Below the pieces are notes generated by a model. That model worked only from the letters and a program-made list of their open reading frames with translations, was not told where the DNA came from and ran no database searches. From Candidatus Latescibacterota bacterium (GTDB taxonomy: Bacteria; Latescibacterota; UBA2968; UBA8231): DNA of 64,000 nucleotides. This document shows, in pieces, positions 9,577 to 19,813 of this stretch. The first letter of the stretch is position 1. The number at the start of each line of letters is the position of its first letter. The DNA is taken from positions 362,077-426,076 of the forward strand of contig CBDCXV010000010.1 of the NCBI GenBank assembly GCA_965223905.1. The letters run 5' to 3'. The translations under genes were made by a program, and so were the position numbers.

Positions 9577-9968
9577 GTCTCGATGCGGATGTACGCCATC
9601 CCCTCCCCCTTCAGATGCTCGATGGCCGTCTCCACCAGTTTCAGCCCGATCCCCTTTCTCTGATGCCGCGGTAGCACAGCGTAGTTTGGAATCCCGCCTA
9701 TTTTGGCTTCTTCGTCTACGCGGGTAGTGATGTAGCCCACCACCTCGCCGTCGACCTCAGCGACGAACATTCCGTCAGCATGCGCATCCACGTCCGCGTC
9801 GATATGCCGCTTCTTGCGCCAGCGCCAGCCGTGACCGGCGATCGGGCCGAACTCCTTCTCGATGTTCTGATCGATGGAGACACCGTCGAAGCAGATGGCG
9901 GTGATTTCTTTGACGATGTCGAGATCGGCGTCGGTGCACTTCCTGTCGGTGCACTTCCTTATGTTCAT
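9213..9968 (-). pseudogene. chimeric ORF: GNAT N-acetyltransferase lacking its C-terminus, fused in frame to the IS91 transposase C-terminal remnant
   Basis: The GNAT part retains the acetyl-CoA motif LPRHQRKGIGLKLVETAIEHL. Its sequence ends at ...AYIRIET and continues as LEKRAALVPPPRF... from the IS remnant. Confidence 0.75.
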
Positions 9969-9986
9969 GTCGTTTTCCGCTCGCGC

Positions 9987-10341
9987 CTACTGCCTCTGCA
10001 CCAGTTCGATCAGCAACCCGTCCGGATCCCTCGCGCATACGACGCCGCCGTTTTCGTACATGAACGGGTCCGACACGAATTCCACACCTCGTCCCTGCAG
10101 TTGCGCCACCGTATCTTTCAGATCGGCCACGAAGAAAGTGATCCAGCGAACGCCGGCAGAGAAATCCCCGGAGCCCGAGGCCGGCGGCGACTCGATCTGC
10201 ATCAGCTTGAGCAGGGTGTCACCCGCTTGGAGCCGCACCTGGCGGAAACCGCTGGGCGCCAGCCCCACCTGTGTGGCCAGTTCCGCGGAGATCTCCAGCT
10301 CCACGGCGATCTCGAATCCAAGCTGATCGCGATAAAACTCC
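9987..10341 (-). pseudogene. VOC/glyoxalase-family gene, 5'-truncated copy (ends at the duplication boundary)
   Basis: Identical to residues 23-139 of the intact copy at 13135-13554. Homology ends at 10341. Confidence 0.8.
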
Positions 10342-10848
10342 GCGTCCTGAGAAGAAGGGACGATCGACAACGGCCCTGAGCTTGGATACCTTTCGCCGGC
10401 GCTACCTGCGCGTGCCCTCGCGTAGTACGTTCCACGGTCGGGCGGTCGGAGTGACCATCGCGCAAGCGATCGCCGCCCGCTGGTACCGTCTCTGGAGATT
10501 CCTTGCCACGCTCAAACCCGTCGACATGATTACCGCATGACGCTTGGCCCGGGTCGGTCCATGTGATCGGCTCGCAACGCAGCGTCATCGAGGGCGCGTA
10601 CAATTTCAAGAAAGGTCAGTAGGGTCAGGAGAGGACGGGTTTGCCTAAGAAGGAGACTATAGCAGACACTCTGCCTATGTGCTTATGCGAAATCGATCTT
10701 CGTAGCGGCGAGCTTCGCTTCATGGCACGTTGAATGAATAACAAGGGCTCAGGGGACAACCAACCCCCCGCAGAGTCCACCTTAACCCCGCTACCAGCTG
10801 TCCAAAGGATGGGGACCACCTCGTAGCAAACAGACAAGGGAGGCAATT

Positions 10849-11670
10849 GTGCAGATCAAATTCACTTTAAAGTTCACGGGTGCGGTATGGAGTGCAATTT
10901 TACTCCTACCAGTTGCGTGCACCAACTCGAACGCTCCTGGCTCTCCGGTTTCCGACGGCAATGACGCTGATGAAAACCTCTCTCGGGTGTCCATTGAGAA
11001 CCATGAAGTTGTGTTCAGCCTCGACCGGGAGGATCTCACCATCGGGTCTGCGGTTTTTAGTGTGATTTGTTTTCAGAAAGCTCAAAATCGCGCGAATGAA
11101 CAGACATTTACAGATTGCGATATCTTCAGAGTTAACGGTGTAGATCAACCAAGATTGTCTCACCCTATGCAACCAATCGACTTGAATACATTTCTGCTTA
11201 CCGCTAAAGACATTGAATTCTCCTTGGACGGTGAAGCCTATCTCTGCTTGACAGTCAAACCCTGGTTTAATGAGATACCAAATGAGTCTGATTGGCATTA
11301 CTATGCTGAGGGCAACGACCGCTATTCCATGCTTTCATATTGTAGCGTGGATGAGATTCCAGATTGGGGCCGGGACAATGTCCGGGTCACGCAAAATCGG
11401 GTTCAATCCCTGGAGGAGTTCAAGCGAAGACTCTCGGCGCCAATTGAAATCTACACATCTGATAGAGCGCTACCGCCAAGGTTTGGGTCAACAGAATTCA
11501 AAGGAGGAGATTTGCGCAATGATGAGCTCAGGCAATGCGGGCACGCGATCCCCATGCCAGCGGGTAGAATTCCAGAGAATCCATCATCAGAGCCAATCAG
11601 AATTCCGGTTGGTATCTACGCGGGATGGCTTTTTGATGACAATACAACCTACCAGTGCCTGGAGGAGTAG
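10849..11670 (+). CDS. hypothetical lipoprotein (low-GC cargo between the two 1354-bp repeats)
   Basis: GTG start preceded by GGGAGG. Signal peptide with lipobox LLLPVAC. No recognisable domain. GC is well below the flanks. Confidence 0.55.
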   Translation: MQIKFTLKFTGAVWSAILLLPVACTNSNAPGSPVSDGNDADENLSRVSIENHEVVFSLDREDLTIGSAVFSVICFQKAQNRANEQTFTDCDIFRVNGVDQPRLSHPMQPIDLNTFLLTAKDIEFSLDGEAYLCLTVKPWFNEIPNESDWHYYAEGNDRYSMLSYCSVDEIPDWGRDNVRVTQNRVQSLEEFKRRLSAPIEIYTSDRALPPRFGSTEFKGGDLRNDELRQCGHAIPMPAGRIPENPSSEPIRIPVGIYAGWLFDDNTTYQCLEE

Positions 11671-11871
11671 GGGACCGGGAGTGCTTGATCGACGGGTGAG
11701 CGCGTACTCAAATGGCTGCGAGACTTCTCAGAATATACGTAAGTTCCACTTTCGCTACCACCCAGGTCCCGCTGCGGCGACTTCGCCGCCTTGGCCTCCG
11801 GAAACCTGGCTGCGCCAGGTTCCCAAACCGTGAGACGTTATGCGGAATTTTCAGGATAGAGACGAGGTGCA

Positions 11872-12069
11872 TTGGAGTTGAGCCTAATTGACAAACTGCC
11901 AAGCCCCGAATGGGTCAGGAAGGAATATGGGATTCTCTGGGATGGACAGTACTGCGACATGACCGGCAGTATCGCCCATGTTGTCAGGATCGAGCCAAAG
12001 AATGTTGGGGGATCCTATGTGGTTCGAATCTCCGATCCCAAGCGGATCTGCAGCGGCGGCTGTCGCTAG
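11872..12069 (+). CDS. hypothetical small protein
   Basis: The ORF has non-shadow amino-acid composition in a low-GC region. No homology recognised. Confidence 0.3.
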   Translation: MELSLIDKLPSPEWVRKEYGILWDGQYCDMTGSIAHVVRIEPKNVGGSYVVRISDPKRICSGGCR

Positions 12070-12135
12070 TTCACCGGTTCCAGACTCACCTGACCACTAG
12101 AGGTGTGCGGACCGTTCTGCCGCTGAAGGCCCTTA

Positions 12136-12724
12136 AAGTATAGGTAAAATGAGGCACCTTTTTTGGACTCTCGGTCAAGGCGGACAGCGCACCGCCAGGG
12201 TCAGGCAGCTCCCGGAGGATCGTTTGCCAGTCCTTCGACCGAGCTCGCAGTACAGTTTGGTTGCCTGTCGGCCCGTATCCGGATCAATTCGGGGCCTGAG
12301 GGACCGTTGAGGGCACACCCCGCCGTACGCCCGGCGACGGCCACGGGTCGAGAAGGCAGGTCAGGCGGCGAACTCGAACAGCGGCTCAGGCGGGGCCCTC
12401 GGCGGGGGCATCGCCGGCAGCCCTACCCCCTCCAGACAGGTCCGGATCGAAGCCGGATCGGTCCGGGCGGCGAGGATTCTCAGGCGACCGCCACAGGCCG
12501 CACATTCGCTGAGGTCGGAGGAAAACACCCGCGCCAGCAGGGTCGCCCACCGCAGCCGATGGCCGCAGGACGCAGGGCTCGCCGAGCCGTCCGCCGCCGA
12601 CGGCTCGGCAACCGGCTTGGCCGGCACGATGCGCTCGCGGGCCCGGGGCCGGGGCGCCAGGACCCCGTGGTAGCGCAGGAGATGAAACCGGGGCGGGGGA
12701 ACCAGAGCCGCCCGCTTCTCCAGC
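12136..12724 (-). mobile_element. mini IS91-family element, copy 3 (identical to copy 2)
   Basis: Identical sequence to 8988-9576. Confidence 0.8.
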
Positions 12725-13116
12725 GTCTCGATGCGGATGTACGCCATCCCCTCCCCCTTCAGATGCTCGATGGCCGTCTCCACCAGTTTCAGCCCGATCC
12801 CCTTTCTCTGATGCCGCGGTAGCACAGCGTAGTTTGGAATCCCGCCTATTTTGGCTTCTTCGTCTACGCGGGTAGTGATGTAGCCCACCACCTCGCCGTC
12901 GACCTCAGCGACGAACATTCCGTCAGCATGCGCATCCACGTCCGCGTCGATATGCCGCTTCTTGCGCCAGCGCCAGCCGTGACCGGCGATCGGGCCGAAC
13001 TCCTTCTCGATGTTCTGATCGATGGAGACACCGTCGAAGCAGATGGCGGTGATTTCTTTGACGATGTCGAGATCGGCGTCGGTGCACTTCCTGTCGGTGC
13101 ACTTCCTTATGTTCAT
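12361..13116 (-). pseudogene. chimeric GNAT-IS91 remnant ORF (identical to 9213-9968)
   Basis: The 251-aa translation is identical to the copy at 9213-9968. Confidence 0.75.
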
Positions 13117-13134
13117 GTCGTTTTCCGCTCGCGC

Positions 13135-13554
13135 CTACTGCCTCTGCACCAGTTCGATCAGCAACCCGTCCGGATCCCTCGCGCATACGACGCCGCCGTT
13201 TTCGTACATGAACGGGTCCGACACGAATTCCACACCTCGTCCCTGCAGTTGCGCCACCGTATCTTTCAGATCGGCCACGAAGAAAGTGATCCAGCGAACG
13301 CCGGCAGAGAAATCCCCGGAGCCCGAGGCCGGCGGCGACTCGATCTGCATCAGCTTGAGCAGGGTGTCACCCGCTTGGAGCCGCACCTGGCGGAAACCGC
13401 TGGGCGCCAGCCCCACCTGTGTGGCCAGTTCCGCGGAGATCTCCAGCTCCACGGCGATCTCGAATCCAAGCTGATCGCGATAAAACTCCAGCGATTTGTC
13501 GAAGTCGCTGCAGACGATGGCGATGTCGACGACGGTGTGAGTTTGTTTGATCAT
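13135..13554 (-). CDS. VOC family protein (glyoxalase/bleomycin-resistance/dioxygenase fold)
   Basis: VVDIAIVCSDFDKSLEFYRDQLGF...ITFFVADLKDTVAQLQGRGVEF...DPDGLLIELVQ is a typical VOC beta-alpha-beta module. Confidence 0.8.
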   Translation of the reverse strand: MIKQTHTVVDIAIVCSDFDKSLEFYRDQLGFEIAVELEISAELATQVGLAPSGFRQVRLQAGDTLLKLMQIESPPASGSGDFSAGVRWITFFVADLKDTVAQLQGRGVEFVSDPFMYENGGVVCARDPDGLLIELVQRQ

Positions 13555-13609
13555 GTTCGCCTACCTCCTCTTTGGTCGAACGAGCCCCGAGGCGCTGGCG
13601 CAGCCCGGC

Positions 13610-14599
13610 TCATCGCATCCGGGAGTCGGACATCCACATGTCAGGGTTCCGGCCGATGGCGTCTTTGACAGGTTGTGTCAGGCGCTCTAACTCGGCCATC
13701 GTAGCTGCGTCGAGCTCCAACGAAAGCGTCGGCAGGTTGGTCTCCAGTTCGTCCGCATCCCGGGCGCCGACCAGGAAGGATGTCACTCCCCTCTGCTGTC
13801 TCACCCAGGCGAGTGCCACGCTCGCCATCGGGGCGCCAACCTGGCGGCTCAACTCGCGAATGCCGGAGATGGCGCTGAAAACAGCTGCCTCGCATCCCGG
13901 CTCGCCGTGTCCGGCCTGCGCGCGGGAGCTCGCATACCATCGCGTCCGGGCCAGCCCCTCCGGAACCTCGTCAGCCGTCGCATACCTTCCCGTCAGCAGC
14001 CCCTGCGCCAGCGGACTGTAGCATATCAACCCGATCGCGCTCTCGCGGCAGAGCGGCAGGATTTCAAACTCGATTGCCCGCCACAGAAGGCTGAAGGGCA
14101 GCTGGTTCGTCTCCGGCCGGCCAACCTCGATCAGATCGGACAGGTCGCCGACGGCGAAGTTCGCGACACCGAGCGCGCGCACCTTGCCCTCCCTCACCAG
14201 ATCCTCGAGCGCGCGCCAGGACGTGTCGATCGGGATGTCGTGATTTGGCCAGTGGATCTGGTACAGGTCGATGTAGTCCGTATTCAGATTTTTGAGGCTC
14301 TCCTCGCAGGCGGACGCGATCCCTTCCGCAGTCAGGTGGTTCGGGGCTACCTTGGTTGCGATCACCGCCTGCTGGCGCCTCCCTTCCAGACCACGTGCGA
14401 GAACACGCTCGGACTCACCCTTCTCGTATGCCTCTGCCGTGTCGAAGAGGTTGATGCCCGCGTCCAGTGCGGCGCGCACCGTCGCAATCGATTGATCGTC
14501 GTCCTGATCGCCCCAGATCGAGCCGCCCGCGAAGGGCCAGCAACCCAGACCCATCACCGAGACTTCGATACCCAAATTGCCCAGCCTCCGGTATTCCAC
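13610..14599 (-). CDS. aldo/keto reductase
   Basis: MEYRRLGNLGIEVSVMGLGCW...FDTAEAYEKGESE...IDLYQIHWP contains the canonical AKR motifs. Confidence 0.9.
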   Translation of the reverse strand: MEYRRLGNLGIEVSVMGLGCWPFAGGSIWGDQDDDQSIATVRAALDAGINLFDTAEAYEKGESERVLARGLEGRRQQAVIATKVAPNHLTAEGIASACEESLKNLNTDYIDLYQIHWPNHDIPIDTSWRALEDLVREGKVRALGVANFAVGDLSDLIEVGRPETNQLPFSLLWRAIEFEILPLCRESAIGLICYSPLAQGLLTGRYATADEVPEGLARTRWYASSRAQAGHGEPGCEAAVFSAISGIRELSRQVGAPMASVALAWVRQQRGVTSFLVGARDADELETNLPTLSLELDAATMAELERLTQPVKDAIGRNPDMWMSDSRMR

Positions 14600-14731
14600 T
14601 TCACTCCTTCATGTGATCAAAGCTCGTTGAGGCCTGTCAGGCTGTCAGTCCTGAGTGCCACAGCCTGTGAAAACGCCCCGACCTCAGCAGAAGATCTAAG
14701 ACGCACAAATCGTATGTGGTTCCAAGACGAT

Positions 14732-15306
14732 TCAGTAGTATATGCCAGCATACTGCGACGCGTGCGCCGGTGCTGCGTGACAATCCACCATAGCAGCGAA
14801 TCCTCCTTGCGCCAGACCATGAGCTGGGGCCAGAAACGCTCGTAGTTTGTCCCCCAAAGCGGCTCCTGCGACCGCCAGCGACGCCACGAATCGAATCAGC
14901 ATTCGCCAGATGAGTGGAACCATGGGCAAATCCAGCCAGCGATCGTCTCCAGGCGTGGCCAGAAAATGCGTTGTGAAAATTGCATGTAGGAGCCGGCCAC
15001 AACCCATCCATCACCACGGGTTGCTTCGCCTATTCTCCGTTCGAGTTCCTCGGGGTTTGTGTCGCTCAGAGCAACCCAGCCAGGTTGCCAATTGAGCGCG
15101 TCCAACTCCACCAAGGGGACGCCGAGGGCGGCCGACAGCTGCGCTCCCAAGGTGCTTTTTCCAGCGCAGCTATTCCCAACTATTACGGGGAGCGGTAAAT
15201 AGGTGACATAGATGGCACCATTTCCCCTTCGAGAGTGTTGTAAACTTTCAATTACTCCCCGTAGTATGTGAATCCTGTGGCCGGTCCGTAAGCCAGTGTG
15301 CGTCAC
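14732..15306 (-). pseudogene. P-loop NTPase (adenylate-kinase/topology-modulation-like), apparently frameshifted
   Basis: Walker A GNSCAGKSTLG lies in ORF 14896-15306. The family-typical continuation (WLDLPMVPLIWRMLIRF...) is in a different frame, in ORF 14732-15007. Confidence 0.5.
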
Positions 15307-15743
15307 TCGAACTGCCGTTCGCTCTGGCGGACCGCCTTGCCTTTGCCTCGAATGATATCCCGGCGCTTCCAGGTCTGGACGGCGCGACAGATCCAGTCGC
15401 TCTCACCGAGGAGTCGCCGTAGCTGGTCTTTCGTGAACCACTCATGCCGATCGCGGGCCAGTTGGTCAGGAGGCAATGTTTCATCGGAGTAGCCGTACAG
15501 TCGGCAGACACCGTCTTTCGTTTCAACATCCTCGATGTAGGACATCCACGGGATGTCCAGTCCGAGCTGTGTCTTTGTATAGAGCCTTATCGCCGCATCG
15601 ATATTCCCGAGCCGTGACTCCTCGCTGGCCAAGCCCCGCGACCGGGCAAGCGCCTCCTGCGAAACTGTGCCATCGTCGGCTGCGGATACAGTTGGGCAGT
15701 CAGCTGACCTGCTCTGCCAGTGTCGAGGCACCGCAGAAGTCAT
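15303..15743 (-). CDS. hypothetical protein
   Basis: Protein-like composition, and the stop overlaps the downstream start. No domain recognised. Confidence 0.4.
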   Translation of the reverse strand: MTSAVPRHWQSRSADCPTVSAADDGTVSQEALARSRGLASEESRLGNIDAAIRLYTKTQLGLDIPWMSYIEDVETKDGVCRLYGYSDETLPPDQLARDRHEWFTKDQLRRLLGESDWICRAVQTWKRRDIIRGKGKAVRQSERQFE

Positions 15744-15880
15744 TGCTGATTGCCACTGATTGTCACGCTTCCCGTGAACCCACTTGCCACCAATCTATCT
15801 GCGACAGCCTGAGCTGACGAATCGGTCAGCGCGTGCGCGAGCTCTCGGTCCCCAAACCGAATGCTACGCGACGGTCGTTC

Positions 15881-17848
15881 TTAGTACATCATGCTCAGTC
15901 CGTTACCCAGCATCCCGGTAAAGTAGTCGACGATCAGCCAGAATCCCCCGGCCACGAACTGACCCAGAATCAACCCGTAGAACACGGGGATGAGCGACTG
16001 ATAGGCTTTGAGGCCGCCGTACTTCAAGAGGACCGTCTTGATCAACCAGGCCAGAAAGACCGGAAACCAGGCGGTGTCCATCACCCGGTCCATGCTGACC
16101 ACGAATCCCAGAGGATGCAGCGGCCACCACAGGAATCGGCGCTGCATGAGCAGCAGACCCGTCATCACCCCGGCCCCGATCAGCCGAATGAGCCAACCCA
16201 GCCCGTTCGGTCCCGCGTTCTCCTCGACCCGGCTCGCCACGTACGCCCAGGTGAAGTCGGGGAGGTAACTGACGGAACGCGCTACGTTGATGCCTCCCTC
16301 GCGATAGGCTACCGACAGCGACATCCAGAAGGTGCTGACAGCGGAGACCAAAATGGCAATTGCCAGCGCCAGCAGCAGCCAGCGCTTGCGAGAGGCGATC
16401 TCGCCGGTCAGCTTCAACCCGGTGGCAGTGTGCGCCATCATCGTGCTCGCCAGGGACTCCGTCCATATCACCGTGGGGCCCAGCGCCGCCATCCCCGCAG
16501 GCCCTATGTAGCGCACCCCGATCCCCGAGACCACGAAGTCCAAGGGGATGTTGCGGGGAAACACCATGGGCAGTCCCGCCTCGGCGATGATGCGCGTCAG
16601 GCTGACGAAGGTTACCAGCGCCCCGAACAGAAACAGCAGACCCGCCCACAGGGGCAAACCCGCCCGCCACAGCCACACGCTCATTCCGATCACCCCGAGA
16701 ATCACCCCCCATACGGCGGTGCGGTAGGACATGATTTCATCGGAATCGTCCACGGACGCGTCGCCTCTGAACGCCTTGCGGAACACCTCCCGCAGGTGCC
16801 CCCGGGCCATCCACAGCCCGAAGAGGACGAGCGCTAACATCGCGCCGATGCTCTGATGAGCCAGCAAGCCCCTCACACCGCCGCCGCCGCCATAATTGGA
16901 CAGCGCTTCTCCTATGCCGAGCCCCGTCATGTGCAGCACACCCTCCTCCAGGCGCCTCAGGGCATAGAACACCCACATCCCGAACATGACGTCCGCCTTG
17001 AGGAAATACGCGAACCCCAGAATCATCAGATTCAGCGAAAAGCCTACATTCGCGAATCGCGGCAGCAGTGTGAGTGAGCCGAAGTGGGTCGGAACCACGG
17101 GAACGATGGGGAAGTAGTGGTGCAGGGCGTTGAGACTCTCGCGACCGAACGACAGCGACAAACCCACCCACATCAGACCGCTCTTGAAGAAAGGCGCCAC
17201 CAGCGAACCGCCCGGTGGCGGCTGCACCATGGCCAGCGGCACTTTGGTGATGGGATAGATGAGATGTTCGTGCTCCACCCACTGGCGGCGAAGGATAACC
17301 ATCGCGCAGATGCTCGCCATCCACAACGCCACCATGAACAGCAACCACCACAACAGCGGCGACAACCACATGCCCCAGGGAATGGACTCGCCCTCCGGTA
17401 TGCCCTCGAAAAACCACCGGATCCCCAGCTCATCCTGAGGGACCATCCACTTCGCCACGTAGGGATGAACACGCTCCGCCCAGTTGTTCTCCGGAGTCGC
17501 CAGGTAGGATACCCCGGCCGCGGACCCCAACAGCATCATGCAGAAGCCGTTGCGCTCGCCACCCGAGAACGCCGTGGCTACGACCATCATGATGTAGATG
17601 GTCAGCAGCTCTCCCTTGCCCAGGACCAGCCTCCGGTGAATGAGCCCCAACACCACCTGGACGACACCCACCCACAGAAAGAACAGGAAGAATGCGGCGG
17701 GACCATTCAACCCGCTCATGCGGGTGCCCATGATGACGAACGCACCGTAGGGCTCTCCCACGCCGATCGCCAGACTGAGTGCGGCGCCGATGACGAGCGA
17801 GCGCAGCGTCACCCCCGACGCCGACCGGTCCTCTAGCCCCCCTGACAA
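15881..17848 (-). CDS. large polytopic membrane protein of unknown function (possibly the DUF6785/DUF6784 type)
   Basis: 655 aa with more than 12 predicted TM helices throughout. The family name is from memory only. Confidence 0.7.
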   Translation of the reverse strand: MSGGLEDRSASGVTLRSLVIGAALSLAIGVGEPYGAFVIMGTRMSGLNGPAAFFLFFLWVGVVQVVLGLIHRRLVLGKGELLTIYIMMVVATAFSGGERNGFCMMLLGSAAGVSYLATPENNWAERVHPYVAKWMVPQDELGIRWFFEGIPEGESIPWGMWLSPLLWWLLFMVALWMASICAMVILRRQWVEHEHLIYPITKVPLAMVQPPPGGSLVAPFFKSGLMWVGLSLSFGRESLNALHHYFPIVPVVPTHFGSLTLLPRFANVGFSLNLMILGFAYFLKADVMFGMWVFYALRRLEEGVLHMTGLGIGEALSNYGGGGGVRGLLAHQSIGAMLALVLFGLWMARGHLREVFRKAFRGDASVDDSDEIMSYRTAVWGVILGVIGMSVWLWRAGLPLWAGLLFLFGALVTFVSLTRIIAEAGLPMVFPRNIPLDFVVSGIGVRYIGPAGMAALGPTVIWTESLASTMMAHTATGLKLTGEIASRKRWLLLALAIAILVSAVSTFWMSLSVAYREGGINVARSVSYLPDFTWAYVASRVEENAGPNGLGWLIRLIGAGVMTGLLLMQRRFLWWPLHPLGFVVSMDRVMDTAWFPVFLAWLIKTVLLKYGGLKAYQSLIPVFYGLILGQFVAGGFWLIVDYFTGMLGNGLSMMY

Positions 17849-18030
17849 ACCCAGTAGTCCCTCTCTCGAGTGTCGCCAGGAAACCTCGACGACCTACTCA
17901 ATTCCAATGGTCACAAGATGAAACGGTAGCGGAGGAATGGAAAGAAAAGATGGATATGGAGATGCGGATGGGGATGGAGAAATGGAGATGGGCACCAGTG
18001 GAGACGTGGGAGGAGTACTACTCGATCTCC

Positions 18031-18622
18031 AAGTATAGGTGAAATGAGGCACCCTTTTGGACTCTCGGTCAAGGCGGACAGCGCACCGCAAGGGTCCGGC
18101 AACTCCCCTGAGTGTGGATCGTTTGCCAGTCCTTCGACCGAGCTCGCAGTACAGTTTGGTTGCCTGTCGGCCCGTATCCGCATCAATCCGGGGCCTGAGG
18201 GACCGTTGAGGGCACCCCCCGCCGTACGCCCGGCGACGGCGACGGGTCGAGAAGGCAGGGCCGGCGGCGAACTCGAACAGCGGCTCAGGCGGGGCCCTCG
18301 GCGGGGGCATCGCCGGCAGCCCTACCCCCTCCAGACAGGTCCGGATCGAGGCCGGATCGGTCCGGGCGGCGATGATTCTCAGGCGACCGCCACAGGCCGC
18401 GCATTCGCTGAGGTCGGAGGAAAACACCCGCGCCAGCAGGGTCGCCCAGCGCAGCCGATGGCCGCAGGACGCAGCGCTCGCCGAGCCGTCCGCCGCCGCC
18501 GACGGCTCGGCAACCGGCTTGGCCGGCACGATGCGCTCGCGGGCCCGGGCCCGGGGCGCCAGGACCCCGTGGTAGCGCAGGAGATGAAACCGGGGCGGGG
18601 GAACCAGAGCCGCCAGCTTCTC
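18031..18622 (-). mobile_element. mini IS91-family element, copy 4 (diverged, transposase stop codon lost)
   Basis: Terminus AAGTATAGGTGAAATGAGG. The same C-terminal transposase peptide is encoded. Homology ends at ...AGCTTCTC, within about 4 bp of the inner boundary of copies 2 and 3. Confidence 0.8.
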
Positions 18623-18740
18623 GCTAAGGGAGAAACTGGTTGCTCGGCATGAGTAACCATACGGCGTATAACATTCCGTGCGAGGTAGGTGCGAATCGTC
18701 CGATGATACGCATCTATGGACCGTCTACCGCGAGGAACTC

Positions 18741-19808
18741 ATGAATCCGACGAAAGTCGCCGTGATCGGGTGCGGCCAGATCGCAACCTCACAACATCTG
18801 CCGGCCTACCGGGAGGCAGCAGAGGCCGGGGTCTGCTGCCTCGTGGGCGTATGCGATCTGGACCCCGAACGGGTGGCGCAGGCCGGAAAGCAGTTTGCAG
18901 TCGCCGGATTTCAGGACGCGGCAGAGATGCTCGAAAAGACCAAGCCCGATGTCGTGAGCATCGCCACGCTGCCCTCGAGTCATCGCAACCTCGCGGTGAT
19001 GTGCCTGGAGGCGGGATGTCACGTCCTGTGCGAGAAGCCCGTGGCGCTGGATGCGGGCGAGGCCCGGGACATGGTCCGCGCCGCCGAAGCGAACAATCGA
19101 CTGCTGAGCATCTGCTTCGAATACCGAACCTGGGACGAATCCCGGTACCTGAGAGACCGCATCGCAGACGGCGTCCTCGGTCGCGTACACGCCGTTCGAA
19201 CGTGGGGCGGGTGTGCCTACGGACTGCCGGCGAGAGCGCACCGGTCGCATGGCTCGAACGGCGGCGGCGTTCTCGCGCACTGGACGATCCACAACCTCGA
19301 CCTCGTGCTCTGGCTGCTTGGCAACCCCGAACCGCTGACCGCCAGCGCATTCTGCCATCAGCGGGTCTCCGCTTACCCGGCGGCGGCTGGATCCATGCGA
19401 GACGACATCGATCCGGCGTCGCTCGATCCAGATTTCGAGGACTTCGGCACCGGCTTCGTCCGGCTGTCCGGCAACACCATCCTGACGGTGGAAGCGGATT
19501 TCCTTCAGGCGCCCTCTGACCGACGCGAAGGCTTGGCCTTTCTCGGAGACCGGGGTGCCGCGTCCATCTCACCACTCAGAATCTGGACCGACGACGGACG
19601 ATCGTGGCGCGAGGAGACCCCCGCCAAGGGCACGTTGAAGCCTTGCGACTACGATATGAGGAGACTGATCAACGATTTTCTGCGCGCCGTCCGCGAGGGT
19701 GAGGCGTCCCCCGTTGCGGGCGAGGAAATCGTGCGAATTCAGCGGCTCATGGACGCGCTCTATGCCTCGGCAGCGTCCGGGCAAGAGGTCGCTGTGGCAG
19801 GAGCCTGA
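18741..19808 (+). CDS. Gfo/Idh/MocA family oxidoreductase
   Basis: MNPTKVAVIGCGQIATSQHLPAY...VLCEKPVAL. Start taken at the internal ATG that gives the family-typical N-terminus. Confidence 0.85.
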   Translation: MNPTKVAVIGCGQIATSQHLPAYREAAEAGVCCLVGVCDLDPERVAQAGKQFAVAGFQDAAEMLEKTKPDVVSIATLPSSHRNLAVMCLEAGCHVLCEKPVALDAGEARDMVRAAEANNRLLSICFEYRTWDESRYLRDRIADGVLGRVHAVRTWGGCAYGLPARAHRSHGSNGGGVLAHWTIHNLDLVLWLLGNPEPLTASAFCHQRVSAYPAAAGSMRDDIDPASLDPDFEDFGTGFVRLSGNTILTVEADFLQAPSDRREGLAFLGDRGAASISPLRIWTDDGRSWREETPAKGTLKPCDYDMRRLINDFLRAVREGEASPVAGEEIVRIQRLMDALYASAASGQEVAVAGA

Positions 19809-19813
19809 GCGCT

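Larger units (their letters stand above)
8988..10341. repeat. 1354-bp duplicated unit, copy A (mini-IS91 + truncated GNAT + partial VOC gene); identical to 12136-13489
   Basis: All overlapping six-frame ORF translations are identical at offset 3148, and spot-checked nucleotide lines match. The flanks differ immediately outside both ends. Confidence 0.9.
12136..13489. repeat. 1354-bp duplicated unit, copy B (mini-IS91 + truncated GNAT + 5' part of the intact VOC gene)
   Basis: See copy A. Here the repeat ends inside a complete VOC gene, so this is probably the parental copy. Confidence 0.9.

Noticed and set aside
17930-18000. Purine-rich GATGG/GGAGA microrepeat upstream of the large membrane-protein gene.
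   Set aside because: It is short, low-complexity and lacks a defined period. It is probably just the junction sequence next to IS91 copy 4.
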